Below, piece by piece: positions 50,908 through 61,179 of a stretch of 64,000 bases of DNA. The stretch lies in the NCBI GenBank assembly GCA_958366945.1, contig CATXCY010000001.1, positions 118,496 through 182,495 of the forward strand, read 5' to 3'. Each line of letters starts with the position of its first letter. Position 1 is the first letter of the stretch. This DNA comes from an uncultured bacterium. GTDB taxonomy: Bacteria > Vulcanimicrobiota > Xenobia > Xenobiales > Xenobiaceae. The position numbers and the translations under genes are program-made. Below the pieces are notes generated by a model, which saw nothing but the letters and a program-made list of their open reading frames with translations, was not told the DNA's origin and made no database searches.

Positions 50908-53559
50908 TCAATCGTTATGCCAGCTAGGTTTGTCCATTGCTGGAGACGTCTGAGCCGCTTTAACAGCGGTAGTTTCTTCCAAATTGTTTTTGCTTTCCGC
51001 AACCGAACTATCCATATTGCCTACGTTGGCAGCTCCACTTAGCCTATCGCTAAAAGGAGATTGTGAAGCCGCACTGTCAACTTTTTTGAAAGCATTTTGA
51101 TCAGTTAAGTCGGGAATTTCTATATCTTTTAACTCTTGAGTGTCTTTAGAAGAAACACCTTGCGAAGTTGTAGAAGAAGCGGTAGAACCAAGCTCAGGCT
51201 CGGTGCCATTAGTGCTAATGAACTTATCGGCTCCCTTATTACCAAGACGCTTTGAATAGTAGTAGGAAGTTACCAAAAGAGCCACGCCCAAAACGAAGAA
51301 AAGCAGCAACTTATAGACGATAGGCAAATTTATAATATCGTAAGTAATTACTCTAAGCAAAGTAACACAAACGATAAAAATACCACAGTTGGTGATATAA
51401 CGATTCTTAAAGCGAATACCACCCCAAAGGATTGCCGCTGCGTAGAGCATCCACAAAACAGAAGTAATAGAACTTAAATGGCAAACTGCGGCAATATTAT
51501 GTCCTTCTATATGAACTAAAGACCAGCCACTAAGCACAGCTCCAACCAGATAAATTTCAGATCCGTAAAGTACAAAAGCGGCAGCTAAAGCCAAAATAGT
51601 TAAAGCGTGAGCTAAAAAGCCGATATTAACTATAGGAATAAATTCGGCATAAGTACCTGTAATGCAACTAAGAATATTGATAGTCAAGCCAAATAAAGAC
51701 AGAGCCAAAGCCAAATTGAAACCAATGGCAAAAGCATTGCTCTTAGCCTTTTTGGCTTGAAGCATAGCTTGCAAAGCATAAATAGAACAAACGGCCACTA
51801 AGCTAAAGCAGCTAAAAGCCCACCACTGTTGACCATTTAAACTCAAAACGCGATCTAAAATATCGGCTAATTCTCGACCAAAATAAATATAAGCTAAGGT
51901 TATACCAGCCCAAAGGTTGAAATCTCTGTATTTTTCATCACCATTGTAGTGACGGAACATTAAATAGCCAAACAGCCAAGCAGCAATAGAAACTCCGAAA
52001 ATAATTATGGCCAGCTTATGAAGTTCTCGATCAGGACTTAAGAAAAAGTCAAATTTGCCATTAAAGTCGGCCACTAGCATAATGAAAAAGGCCAATACAT
52101 TATGCAAACCGCTCCAGAAGAAGAGGCGTCGTTGCACTTCCGGCTTGACAACTTTATTAAAAGCAATCCAAAGAATAACTAAACCAGCTATAGAGAGGAA
52201 AATAACTCTGGACAATGGCTCTTGGAAGTTGTACGCAGAAAGACCGACCACAAATAAGCCAGCATTGACAAAAGCTCTAGCTAAAGTGTTCATATTTTCT
52301 GCACGCAATTTGGCTAAGCCAAATAAAGCCACCGCAGCCATCATAAAAGCAGCAAAGGCTTGACCTTCACTGTAAATACAATTGGCTCCCAAAGCCATTA
52401 TTAAATGGTTAATCCAAACGGAAGGCTGCTTAGGATTATTTTCGTCTTGGCGGCGGAAGTAATCGTATATCAAGACGATAAGCCAGATGGCTCCCAAAGC
52501 ATAAGGGCTAAAAATTCGGTCAGCCTTTTCGAAAATGCCAGTTCGGGTAGCAATAAAAAGCCAGGTTATAGCTAAGTTGATACTAAAAAGTGAATTCCAC
52601 TTCTGGCAACGCACAGTACCTATTAAACAAAAAAGAGCCAGAATTACTAAATAGACATCAAAAACATAAGTACTGTCGATAGAAGTTTGAATAAAAATTA
52701 AGTTGGCATAACCAGCCAAAGCTCCCAGACAAATAATGGATTTGCGTTGAGCCCAATAAGCCAATACATAAGTGCCCAACAAAATAAGTGAAGCCAGAGC
52801 CAAGCTTACGTAATTATCCCAAAGATCAAAGTAAACGCTGCCAGCATAAGTTACCATGATAGCCGAAGCTAATCCCAACCCCAAAATGGTTTCGGAAAAG
52901 CCGCGCATATTGTCTTTAGGCAAAAGATAAAAACCTAAGCCCACAAGCACCGAGCTCAAAGCATAGACCGCGCCAACCTTCATAGCTGCAGTCAAAGCCA
53001 AAAATGGGGATAACCACTTTATGAAGAGGATGACAAAGACGATAATAGCCAGAGCGCCTAATTTATTGAAAAGGCTGCCCAAGAAGAATTGCTCTAAGTT
53101 GCTTTCAGTTTTGGGCTGAGAGGCAACCGTTTTTTGCGCATATAGCCTAGCTTCGTGCGTAGGCGCAGCCGTCGGCGCTGAATTTGTAACAACGTTAGGC
53201 TCAGCAAGTGATATTTTTTCTTTAGCTAACGACAATACTTTTCCAGTAGCCTCTTCAATAGAATCAGCTGCCGTTGGTGCACTAACTGTCCCGTCTAGTT
53301 TATTGTTATCAGCATAAGTAGAAGAAATTGACGATTCGTTTTCTTGTCGACACGCCTTTTGGGTTGAGTCCGGAAGACGTCCGGAAGTGCCGCTAAGGGA
53401 AATAGTCAAATTTTCCAGACCGACTTCAAGCCTCTCTACGCGTTTTTTTAAGCTTTGGCAAGAAGCCATAGCTATAATAGAAAAAATAAATGGCAGGAAA
53501 AATATTCCTAAAGCCGCGAGCACCAACACAATAAATTCCAATTTTGCACCCTTCCCCAA
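50908..53559 (-). CDS. Large polytopic membrane protein (DUF2339-like).
   Basis: 883 aa. N-terminal TM, a short coiled coil (KKRVERLEVGLENL), a Ser/Thr/Ala-rich linker, then ~20 TM helices. Confidence 0.5.
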   Translation of the reverse strand: MGKGAKLEFIVLVLAALGIFFLPFIFSIIAMASCQSLKKRVERLEVGLENLTISLSGTSGRLPDSTQKACRQENESSISSTYADNNKLDGTVSAPTAADSIEEATGKVLSLAKEKISLAEPNVVTNSAPTAAPTHEARLYAQKTVASQPKTESNLEQFFLGSLFNKLGALAIIVFVILFIKWLSPFLALTAAMKVGAVYALSSVLVGLGFYLLPKDNMRGFSETILGLGLASAIMVTYAGSVYFDLWDNYVSLALASLILLGTYVLAYWAQRKSIICLGALAGYANLIFIQTSIDSTYVFDVYLVILALFCLIGTVRCQKWNSLFSINLAITWLFIATRTGIFEKADRIFSPYALGAIWLIVLIYDYFRRQDENNPKQPSVWINHLIMALGANCIYSEGQAFAAFMMAAVALFGLAKLRAENMNTLARAFVNAGLFVVGLSAYNFQEPLSRVIFLSIAGLVILWIAFNKVVKPEVQRRLFFWSGLHNVLAFFIMLVADFNGKFDFFLSPDRELHKLAIIIFGVSIAAWLFGYLMFRHYNGDEKYRDFNLWAGITLAYIYFGRELADILDRVLSLNGQQWWAFSCFSLVAVCSIYALQAMLQAKKAKSNAFAIGFNLALALSLFGLTINILSCITGTYAEFIPIVNIGFLAHALTILALAAAFVLYGSEIYLVGAVLSGWSLVHIEGHNIAAVCHLSSITSVLWMLYAAAILWGGIRFKNRYITNCGIFIVCVTLLRVITYDIINLPIVYKLLLFFVLGVALLVTSYYYSKRLGNKGADKFISTNGTEPELGSTASSTTSQGVSSKDTQELKDIEIPDLTDQNAFKKVDSAASQSPFSDRLSGAANVGNMDSSVAESKNNLEETTAVKAAQTSPAMDKPSWHND

Positions 53560-53761
53560 TTTTTAGGCCAGACTTTACCGACCGACAATATAAAATGGTA
53601 TCGCAGATTGACTTGCTTAAAATAAAGCCGCTTCCTTCTAAAAAATGGCACAAAAAAGGCCGCTTTTCAGGAAGTGAACTACCAAACGGAGACTTTGTCC
53701 CACTTATGAGAGTCCACTTCTTTTTCGGAAAGCGACCTTAGGCTATTTTAACGTTATAAAA

Positions 53762-55012
53762 TTAGGCGTTAATTCCGTGGCACTTTTTGAACTTTTTGCC
53801 ACTGCCACAAGGACAAGGATCGTTGCGACCTACTTTAGCCTGAGCATAAGGATTGACTAAGCTCAAAGCTTTACGGAACTCTTCGTTGTTAGGCTCGAAG
53901 CCACAAGCACGATAGAAAGCGGCGGCAGCTTCTTGCTGCATGCCAGCAGTCAAATAAACCCAACCGGCGGAAAGGTAAGGATAACCGTAACCGCGATCGG
54001 ACTCTACGCCTTTAGCAACTTCTTCTTTAGCTTCGTCAATTTTGCCACCCCAAGCCAGAACAGCAGCCAAATTCAAGTGAGCTAAAGATTTCTTCTGGCC
54101 ATTTTCTACGATCAAGTATTTGCTGAAGCCTTTATCGCGATACTTATCGTTGGCCTGAAGCAAGAACTCAACAGCTCTGGCCTGAGGATAGGCTTCCAAA
54201 AGTTCGGCAGCGCGACGCAAGTACTTTTCAGCTTCTTCCAAGCTGTCTGTTAAAGCATAAGCTACACCGATATTCAAGCAAACTAAAGCCAAATCATCAT
54301 CATTGATGTGCTTGGCTTCAATTTCTTCCATGGATTGCTTCAAATACTTCATGCCGTCTTCAACTTGGCTGTTAAGCATGAGCATAAAGCCGTAGTTGTT
54401 AAGTACCAAATAATGATGGCACTTTTCTTCTTCGATGCCAGCTTTGTAAACTTCCAAAGCAGCGAGCAAACCTTTGCTACCATAAGCCATAGTAGCGCGG
54501 TGCATAATAGCCGGAGCCATTTCTTCGCTTAAACCGAGCTCACGGAAGAATTTGCAACTATCATCATATTCGGCCATAGCGGCACGGGATTGGTTGGCGT
54601 CTACATAAAGGTTGCCCATGTTGCGGTGGCCGCGTCCCTGACCAGCCTTGTCGCCAAGTTCAGTCCAAATGGATAAAGCTCTGGAATAATGGAAGCGAGC
54701 TTCGTCCAAACGGTTGCGCTGATGATAAGCGGAGCCCAAATATTCATCGGCTTGAGCCATAGCTTCTTGATCATTTACCTTTTCGGCTTCAGCGCGACTG
54801 CGGCGGAACTGAATAATAGCATCATCCATTTTGCCTAAGCGGGAGAAAGCAACTCCGCTAAGGTGGTAAAGGCGAACTAATTCTTCGGGCTGAGAAATTT
54901 CTTCTTTAGCCAAGCGAGACAGTTCTTCTGAAGCTTCAGCGTTTTTCTGAGCATTTAAAAGCTCTTCGACGTTGTCGAGAGCGGCACTGAGATTTACGGC
55001 GGTATCTGACAT
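53762..55012 (-). CDS. TPR-repeat protein with a C-terminal SEC-C zinc-binding motif.
   Basis: Start refined to ATG 55012 (MSDTAV) with AGGAG 6 nt upstream; tracker ORF extends to 55078. C-terminus [17 protein letters not shown] is a SEC-C motif. Confidence 0.65.
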   Translation of the reverse strand: MSDTAVNLSAALDNVEELLNAQKNAEASEELSRLAKEEISQPEELVRLYHLSGVAFSRLGKMDDAIIQFRRSRAEAEKVNDQEAMAQADEYLGSAYHQRNRLDEARFHYSRALSIWTELGDKAGQGRGHRNMGNLYVDANQSRAAMAEYDDSCKFFRELGLSEEMAPAIMHRATMAYGSKGLLAALEVYKAGIEEEKCHHYLVLNNYGFMLMLNSQVEDGMKYLKQSMEEIEAKHINDDDLALVCLNIGVAYALTDSLEEAEKYLRRAAELLEAYPQARAVEFLLQANDKYRDKGFSKYLIVENGQKKSLAHLNLAAVLAWGGKIDEAKEEVAKGVESDRGYGYPYLSAGWVYLTAGMQQEAAAAFYRACGFEPNNEEFRKALSLVNPYAQAKVGRNDPCPCGSGKKFKKCHGINA

Positions 55013-55254
55013 TGAGACTCCTATTGTAAGTTGCGGACTTTTTCTGCGATATTTATAAGCCATGCCCGCATTTTTCAAACTTCGAAGCCCGATTTTTCCC
55101 CTCTATTTTCTTTTATCCTGCTTGAATACTACTACTGAGAGTATGGCACCTAAGCAATGCTCTTTACTGCCACAAAAAGTGAATTTATATCGAATAATTT
55201 GCTAAGATGCTGGCCCTAAAAAAAATTTGCCACCAAGCATAAAAAGGGACTATA

Positions 55255-56568
55255 ATGAGCGGAAAAATCAAAATGATAAGGTCACTTAATACAGTGCTCA
55301 GTTCTCATCGTTATAGTTTCTGGATTGAGGTTAATTTAGACGCTATCCGTCACAATTTCAGAAATTTATCTAAAAACGCTCCCCATTCCCAAATTTTAGC
55401 TATAGTTAAAAGTGAAGCCTACGGCCATGGCCTGGAAACCGTAGCTCTTACCTTAGAGGAAGAAGGGGCTTGGGGCTTCGGAATTGCCAACGTCAACGAA
55501 GGGCGCAGACTGCGTCAGGCCGGTATCACCAAGCCAATTGTCTTGGTAGCTCCTATTTTGGCTACCCAAATTGAAGAAGCAGTCAAGCTTGATTTGCGTC
55601 CCCCAATCATGGACTTAGAATTTGCTCAAGCTATTTCAGATGCTGCCGTCAGACTGGGCAAAAATGCCAAAGTCCATCTTAAAGTAGATACCGGTATGGG
55701 ACGTTTGTCCGTGCCTCCAGAAGAGTTGCTCTCTTTCTGCGAGCAAGCTGCCAAATTGCCGAATATAGAAATTGAAGGCATATATTCTCACTTCGCTGCC
55801 GCTGATCAGCTCGATCAAACCTATACCCAAACTCAATTTGCCAAATTTACCGATTGCATTAAGAAACTTAAGGATCTGGGCATAAACATCCCTTATCATC
55901 ATATAGCTGCTTCAGCCGGCACTTTGCTTCTGCCCAAAACTTGTTTGGAATTGGTACGTCCCGGCATAGCTATTTACGGCTTGTGGCCTTCACAGGAAAC
56001 AGCTTTGGTAATGGCTGGACGAGGAAAAGATCTTTACAAGTTGGCTGAAGAACAAGTTAATGGCGATAAACACTTAGACAAATTTGGCTCCGATCAATAC
56101 AGAGACAATTGCGCGGTTGGCTTCTTGCAACCTGCTCTCACTTATAAGGCAGTAGTTTCCCAAGTAAAAACCGCCCAAGCTGGTACTTGTATAGGTTACG
56201 GTTGTACCTTTACCTGTCATCGCACTACCAATATTGCTATCTTGCCTATAGGCTACGCCGATGGTTTGAGCCGTTCATTGAGCAATAAAGGTGAAGTTTT
56301 GATTCGCGGCTATCGTGCTCCTATTATCGGACGTGTATGTATGAATTTATGTATGGTTGACGTTACCGATATTCCCGGCGTACGTCCCGATGATGAAGCT
56401 GTTATCATAGGCAAACAAGGAAATGATTATATTTCTGCCGACGAAGTAGCCCAAAAACGCGGCACTATATGTTATGAAGTTTTAACAAATTTGCCTATGC
56501 ATATTCCTCGCTTTTACTTAGGGCGACGTCCCTTAACTTTAGAAGAGCAAACTCAAAACGCGAATTAA
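55255..56568 (+). CDS. alr: Alanine racemase.
   Basis: PLP-lysine motif AIVKSEAYGHG and C-terminal beta domain. Carries a ~50-aa insertion relative to typical Alr. Confidence 0.85.
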   Translation: MSGKIKMIRSLNTVLSSHRYSFWIEVNLDAIRHNFRNLSKNAPHSQILAIVKSEAYGHGLETVALTLEEEGAWGFGIANVNEGRRLRQAGITKPIVLVAPILATQIEEAVKLDLRPPIMDLEFAQAISDAAVRLGKNAKVHLKVDTGMGRLSVPPEELLSFCEQAAKLPNIEIEGIYSHFAAADQLDQTYTQTQFAKFTDCIKKLKDLGINIPYHHIAASAGTLLLPKTCLELVRPGIAIYGLWPSQETALVMAGRGKDLYKLAEEQVNGDKHLDKFGSDQYRDNCAVGFLQPALTYKAVVSQVKTAQAGTCIGYGCTFTCHRTTNIAILPIGYADGLSRSLSNKGEVLIRGYRAPIIGRVCMNLCMVDVTDIPGVRPDDEAVIIGKQGNDYISADEVAQKRGTICYEVLTNLPMHIPRFYLGRRPLTLEEQTQNAN

Positions 56569-56569
56569 C

Positions 56570-57463
56570 ATGGCACAAGAATTAGATCCTAAAAAAGTTT
56601 GTTTTTTCGAACGTCTCATCCGTTTAGTTGGCTTGGAAGGCTTTCATAAGCTGGAAAATGTCCATGTTGCCATTGTTGGTATTGGCGGCGTCGGATCTTG
56701 GGCCAGTGAAGCTTTAGCCCGCAGTGCGGTAGATAGGCTTACTTTAGTTGACTTCGATACTGTCAATCCCAGCAATATTAACCGTCAACTTCCTTGCTTG
56801 CATAGCACTATAGGCCAAAGTAAAGCTGAAGTTATGGCTACTCGCTTGCGACAAATAAACCCTTGGGCCAAAATAGAAGCACTAAAGCTGGTCTATTCTC
56901 CAACTACTGCGGAAAAATTCTGGCAAATAAAACCAGACTTGGTTTTGGATTGCATAGACAATATCACTTATAAATGCCATTTGCTGAACTACGCTCGCGA
57001 GCATAAAATTGCCATTGTAACTTCTACCGGCGCCGGCGGGAAAATGGATCCTACACGCATTAAAGTTTGTGACTTAAGCAACACCAAAGTTGATCCTATG
57101 GCTTTACGTATTCGCAAAAAATTGCGCCGCGACTACGCTTTCCCTTCCAATAAGTCATTCCATATACCAGCTGTCTATTCTGAAGAAGATCCCATAAAGC
57201 CGTTTGAAGTAGATTGGAGCTCTCTTTTGGATAAAATTTGCAGCGAAGAAGAAGTCGTCAAAAGTGCCTCTGCTTCCGTAGCCGAATATGAAGATGACGA
57301 TATTTACGAAGATGTGGAGAATTTTATTTCCGGACAAGGTAGACATGCTCCACCTTGCGGAACTTCCAGCTTTGTAACTGGAGCTTTTGGCTTAGCTGCC
57401 GCTCAACAAATAGTAAAACTTGTTTTGCAAGCTCCTTTAGGGGCCGAATCGTTTTTGCCTTAG
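56570..57463 (+). CDS. tcdA: tRNA threonylcarbamoyladenosine dehydratase (ThiF/MoeB-like E1).
   Basis: VAIVGIGGVGSWASEALARSAVDRLTLVDFDTVNPSNINRQ. Start overlaps the alr stop. Confidence 0.75.
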   Translation: MAQELDPKKVCFFERLIRLVGLEGFHKLENVHVAIVGIGGVGSWASEALARSAVDRLTLVDFDTVNPSNINRQLPCLHSTIGQSKAEVMATRLRQINPWAKIEALKLVYSPTTAEKFWQIKPDLVLDCIDNITYKCHLLNYAREHKIAIVTSTGAGGKMDPTRIKVCDLSNTKVDPMALRIRKKLRRDYAFPSNKSFHIPAVYSEEDPIKPFEVDWSSLLDKICSEEEVVKSASASVAEYEDDDIYEDVENFISGQGRHAPPCGTSSFVTGAFGLAAAQQIVKLVLQAPLGAESFLP

Positions 57464-57489
57464 TTTAAAAAGCGAAAAATATCCAACAC

Positions 57490-57533
57490 AAAAAAAGCAG
57501 AACACTATAACTATATAGTGTTCTGCATTTTTA
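57490..57533. terminator. Bidirectional terminator.
   Basis: AAAAAAGCAGAACACTATA...TATAGTGTTCTGCATTTTT. Confidence 0.55.
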
Positions 57534-57555
57534 TAAATAGCTTTTGGCGAACAAG

Positions 57556-59304
57556 CTAGAACGAAATAAATATGGGCAAAGAGATCGCTTTCTTTTCGCG
57601 TCTAGCTTTATTAAGTTCTTGCGAGCACAACAAAGGATAAGTTAACCTTACAGCTTGGAAAAGATCGTTTTCAGCTTGGTTTAGACTATCTAAAAACAGA
57701 CCCGTCAAACTGCTATCCGAATTGCCTTTACTCGAATCAGCCGTGCCATAAATTAAAGCAGTACAAGAGCTACTATCTAATTGGCTGGCAATTAAAACAT
57801 TGTTTTTATCTAATTGGCTGGGTAAATTCTTCACTTGCGAAGATTTTACGTCCCAAATAATCATAAAGCGAGCACCGGGCAAAGATTGCCGATATTGACG
57901 TAAATAGTCGGAAGTTATGCTAAAATTCTCTTTTTCATCACTACTGACGAAAGCTAATTTTTTACCGTCAAAGTTAAAATTGCCAATTAAATAGAGCACT
58001 ACTAAATCGGAAGAATTACAAGAAGCTCTTATATTTTCCAAAGATTTCTTAATATTTTCGGCTTTGGCCTCTGCTCCAGGCAAAGTTTTAACGCTGAAAC
58101 CGCGCTCCATAAAAGCTTGACGCACTTGCATAGATTTCTGACTGTTAGAAACATCACTTAAATTGTAGTTGGGACCGACTATTAAAGTTCTGGTCTTCAT
58201 TCCTTGGTCAGAAGTAACAGCGTATAGTTCAAAGGATTTTTTAAGTTTGCGCCCTTCCAAATCGGCTACATCTATTTCAATTTTGTTAGTTCCCGGCTTA
58301 AGATCTACACAAAGATCTATTTCTAAATCGGCAATTTGCAAACCTAAAGGAGTATTCCAAAGATTTTCTCCGTTAATAGTTAAGGATGCACTGAGAATAC
58401 CGGCCGGAGCATCTATAGTACCACGCAAAGGAACTTGCTTAACGCTAGATATTTTATTTCCTATGGGATCAACAATATTGACAAAAGGAGAGCGATCGTC
58501 TTTAGCTATTTGCAAATCGTACGTTTTATTAACTAAGCGACGAAAACCAGCTAAGCCATAGATCGATTCACGCATATCTAAAACAACTTCCAAAGAGAGA
58601 ATATCACCCTTGAGAGTAGCATTCTTTATGGAACTTATGGAGTTGTAACAAATAAAATTAGGCGAAGGTAGATCCAAGGCCGCACTCGTCTGTTCATCTA
58701 GGCTAAAAGCTTGGAAAGAGCTCAAAGGATAAAGTGCTCCTATTAAACGCTGGCCACGCTTAATTTCCAAACCGGAATTGCCATCTAAATAGATGCGCTC
58801 CTCTACTCTATCGCCATCTATATCTTTTCTATAAAGCAAGCGCTTCGTTTTATAAGCTTGCGATTTGTAGCTAAGCCACGATTCATCAGTAACTTTTACG
58901 CTGACATTGCCATTTTCAGGAAGCTGACGGTTGAATTTTGCTCTGGCTAACCAGTTAAGATACTGGCATCCTCCGGAACGCAAGTCCCAGCTTATGTACT
59001 TTTTATCCTTGTCTTTAGAATTTAAAGAGCTTTGGGCTATTTTGTACAGTCCTTCCAATTCGGCAATTTCATAAGCTTGTTTCTTGGCCTCTTCGTTATT
59101 CAAGCCACTAGGCAAACCTACTTTAGAAATAAAACTTATTCTGCTCTTTTTTAAGTCTACAGCTGCAGTAGGAGCCGGATTGGGATCTTGGCCGTCTTCT
59201 TGAGCTGAAGTAGGCTGGACATTAGCCAATATAAATAAAAGAACTACTGACAGAGAAAGCAACAGACACAAACGACTGCGCTCAGATAAACAATTTAATA
59301 ACAT
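57556..59304 (-). CDS. Secreted protein of unknown function.
   Basis: Signal peptide LLLSLSVVLLFILANVQPTSAQ. 582 aa. C-terminal third has weak, probably degenerate caspase-like (C14) resemblance. Confidence 0.4.
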   Translation of the reverse strand: MLLNCLSERSRLCLLLSLSVVLLFILANVQPTSAQEDGQDPNPAPTAAVDLKKSRISFISKVGLPSGLNNEEAKKQAYEIAELEGLYKIAQSSLNSKDKDKKYISWDLRSGGCQYLNWLARAKFNRQLPENGNVSVKVTDESWLSYKSQAYKTKRLLYRKDIDGDRVEERIYLDGNSGLEIKRGQRLIGALYPLSSFQAFSLDEQTSAALDLPSPNFICYNSISSIKNATLKGDILSLEVVLDMRESIYGLAGFRRLVNKTYDLQIAKDDRSPFVNIVDPIGNKISSVKQVPLRGTIDAPAGILSASLTINGENLWNTPLGLQIADLEIDLCVDLKPGTNKIEIDVADLEGRKLKKSFELYAVTSDQGMKTRTLIVGPNYNLSDVSNSQKSMQVRQAFMERGFSVKTLPGAEAKAENIKKSLENIRASCNSSDLVVLYLIGNFNFDGKKLAFVSSDEKENFSITSDYLRQYRQSLPGARFMIIWDVKSSQVKNLPSQLDKNNVLIASQLDSSSCTALIYGTADSSKGNSDSSLTGLFLDSLNQAENDLFQAVRLTYPLLCSQELNKARREKKAISLPIFISF

Positions 59305-59319
59305 TTTGTATAATCGGCC

Positions 59320-60312
59320 TTAATCTTTAATTTTGTCCATATTTTTAAGTACGGCACGAATAAGTTTGCCTAAATCTGTTTGGGCATTTTCGGCGGCTTT
59401 CAAAACATCTTCATGATTGGTTATCGCATTAGAAGTGGACTTTTCGCCTTTCAGGGCAGGAATATCAGCAGGCACATCAGTTACACAAGAAAAGCCTAGC
59501 ACTTGCATACCGCTATAAACAGCCGCAATCACTTCAGGCACGGTAGACATGCCAACAACATCGGCTCCCATTAAACGGAGCATCTTACGTTCGGCTGGAG
59601 TCTCGTAAGAAGGGCCGAGCATAGATGCATAGACCCCTTCTTTTAAATTTATTTTTAACTTGCGAGCTTCATTTAAAGTAAGCTGACGCAAACTCGGAGT
59701 ATAAGCCGAGTTCATATCAAAAAAGCGCGGGCCTAATTTTTCGCTATTGGGGCCAACCATAGGATTAGAGCCCAAAAAATTAATGTGGTCTTTCAAAAGA
59801 ATAAGCTCACCTAAATAATGGCCCTGACTTATAGCACCAGAAGAGTTGCTAACTATCAAAGTTTTGGCTCCCAGAGCTTTGGCTACCAAAACCGGAAAGG
59901 CTACTTGGTTAATCTTATAGCCTTCATAGCAATGAACTCGTCCGCGCATCATTACTACCTTTTTGCCTTCCAAACGGCCAAAAACTAAAGAGCCAACGTG
60001 ACCTTCAACTGTAGAAACTGCAAATCCGGGAATGTCCCGATAAGAAATTTCAGTCTTATCCTCAGCCATATCAGCCAAAGAGCCCAAGCCGGAACCCAAA
60101 ATGATCATAATTTCAGGTTTAAAGTTAATTTTTTTGCTAAGGAAATCAGCCGCTTCACGCACTCTCTCTTCAGTTGTTTGTTGCTTGTCAGCCTGACATG
60201 CACGCAAGCAACAGTTAGAGCAAGAGGTCGACACTTCAGCTAAGCTGGGCAAAGCTGATGCCATTAGGCCTATTCCCAAAGTTAAAGATATAGCAATATT
60301 CCTAAAATTCAT
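59320..60312 (-). CDS. Purine nucleoside phosphorylase (PunA-type, PNP family 2) with an N-terminal signal-peptide-like extension.
   Basis: IILGSGLG...GHVGSLVFGRLEGKKVVMMRGRVHCYEGY is typical of trimeric PNP. The first 45 aa are MNFRNIAISLTLGIGLMASALPSLAEVSTSCSNCCLRAC. Confidence 0.8.
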   Translation of the reverse strand: MNFRNIAISLTLGIGLMASALPSLAEVSTSCSNCCLRACQADKQQTTEERVREAADFLSKKINFKPEIMIILGSGLGSLADMAEDKTEISYRDIPGFAVSTVEGHVGSLVFGRLEGKKVVMMRGRVHCYEGYKINQVAFPVLVAKALGAKTLIVSNSSGAISQGHYLGELILLKDHINFLGSNPMVGPNSEKLGPRFFDMNSAYTPSLRQLTLNEARKLKINLKEGVYASMLGPSYETPAERKMLRLMGADVVGMSTVPEVIAAVYSGMQVLGFSCVTDVPADIPALKGEKSTSNAITNHEDVLKAAENAQTDLGKLIRAVLKNMDKIKD

Positions 60313-60491
60313 AACTACAATTTCCCAGCCCTTATCTTTAATAATTTCGTTACCAAAACTTTAAATTTTCGCTTTATAAACGCAAAAATCCATACAATTT
60401 TCGTTTATTGTCTCTTCAATTCAGCCTTCCTGTTTGCCTTGTCAAGACCTTGAGTGAAGGAAAAAGCTTGCTAAAATCTATTTAAGAAAAA

Positions 60492-61100
60492 ATGTTCATT
60501 AAATTTCTCAATTGTTTAGGAAGATATATAGAATTTTTGCTTACCGGTCAGAGTGATTTTAAAATTACCACTTCTGAATTTGAAAAAGCAGAAATTATCG
60601 ATAATGAAGTGCAAGCTAAAATTGCTTTACAAGAAGTGCGCCTGTATTTAAAAAAAGCCTTTTCTATAAATTTAACTAATCCGATAGTCATAAAACTTGG
60701 CCGCCCCCAAACTTGGGATTGGAAGTTGCGCCTAACTTCCGGATTCACTCATATTGGCAACTATTGCTGTGAGCGAATGGGAGAAAATTCAGCCCATATG
60801 ATAACTATTGTTCCTGGGCTAGAACGCATAAAATTTAAATCAGTACTTTGTCATGAACTAACTCACGCTTTTCAAGCTGAGCATGAAATGCTACGCAATT
60901 TCAAAGGCTACAAAGAAGGCATGGCCCGCTGGGTAGAATATCATTTTTTATTGGACAACCAACAAGGAGCAGAAGCTAAGAAAATTAGCGGCTTTGGCCT
61001 GGTATTGTTGGGCAACATGCTCAATAAAATTTTACTATATGAGAAAGAGCATGGACGAGCCGCTACCTGTCGTTGGCTAGCTTCCATGGATAATAATTAA
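60492..61100 (+). CDS. Putative zinc metallopeptidase (HExxH motif).
   Basis: LCHELTHAFQAEH in a 202-aa protein. Family not assignable by eye. Confidence 0.4.
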   Translation: MFIKFLNCLGRYIEFLLTGQSDFKITTSEFEKAEIIDNEVQAKIALQEVRLYLKKAFSINLTNPIVIKLGRPQTWDWKLRLTSGFTHIGNYCCERMGENSAHMITIVPGLERIKFKSVLCHELTHAFQAEHEMLRNFKGYKEGMARWVEYHFLLDNQQGAEAKKISGFGLVLLGNMLNKILLYEKEHGRAATCRWLASMDNN

Positions 61101-61179
61101 AAAAAATACCCTCCTAACCATTTTATTAAGTTAGGAGGGTATATATTATCTAGCTATTCTGCGTCGACTTTATACCTAT

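Noticed and set aside
53544-53741. 65-aa ORF between the DUF2339-like gene and the TPR/SEC-C gene.
   Set aside because: It is short and basic, has no SD, and lies in an intergenic terminator/promoter region.
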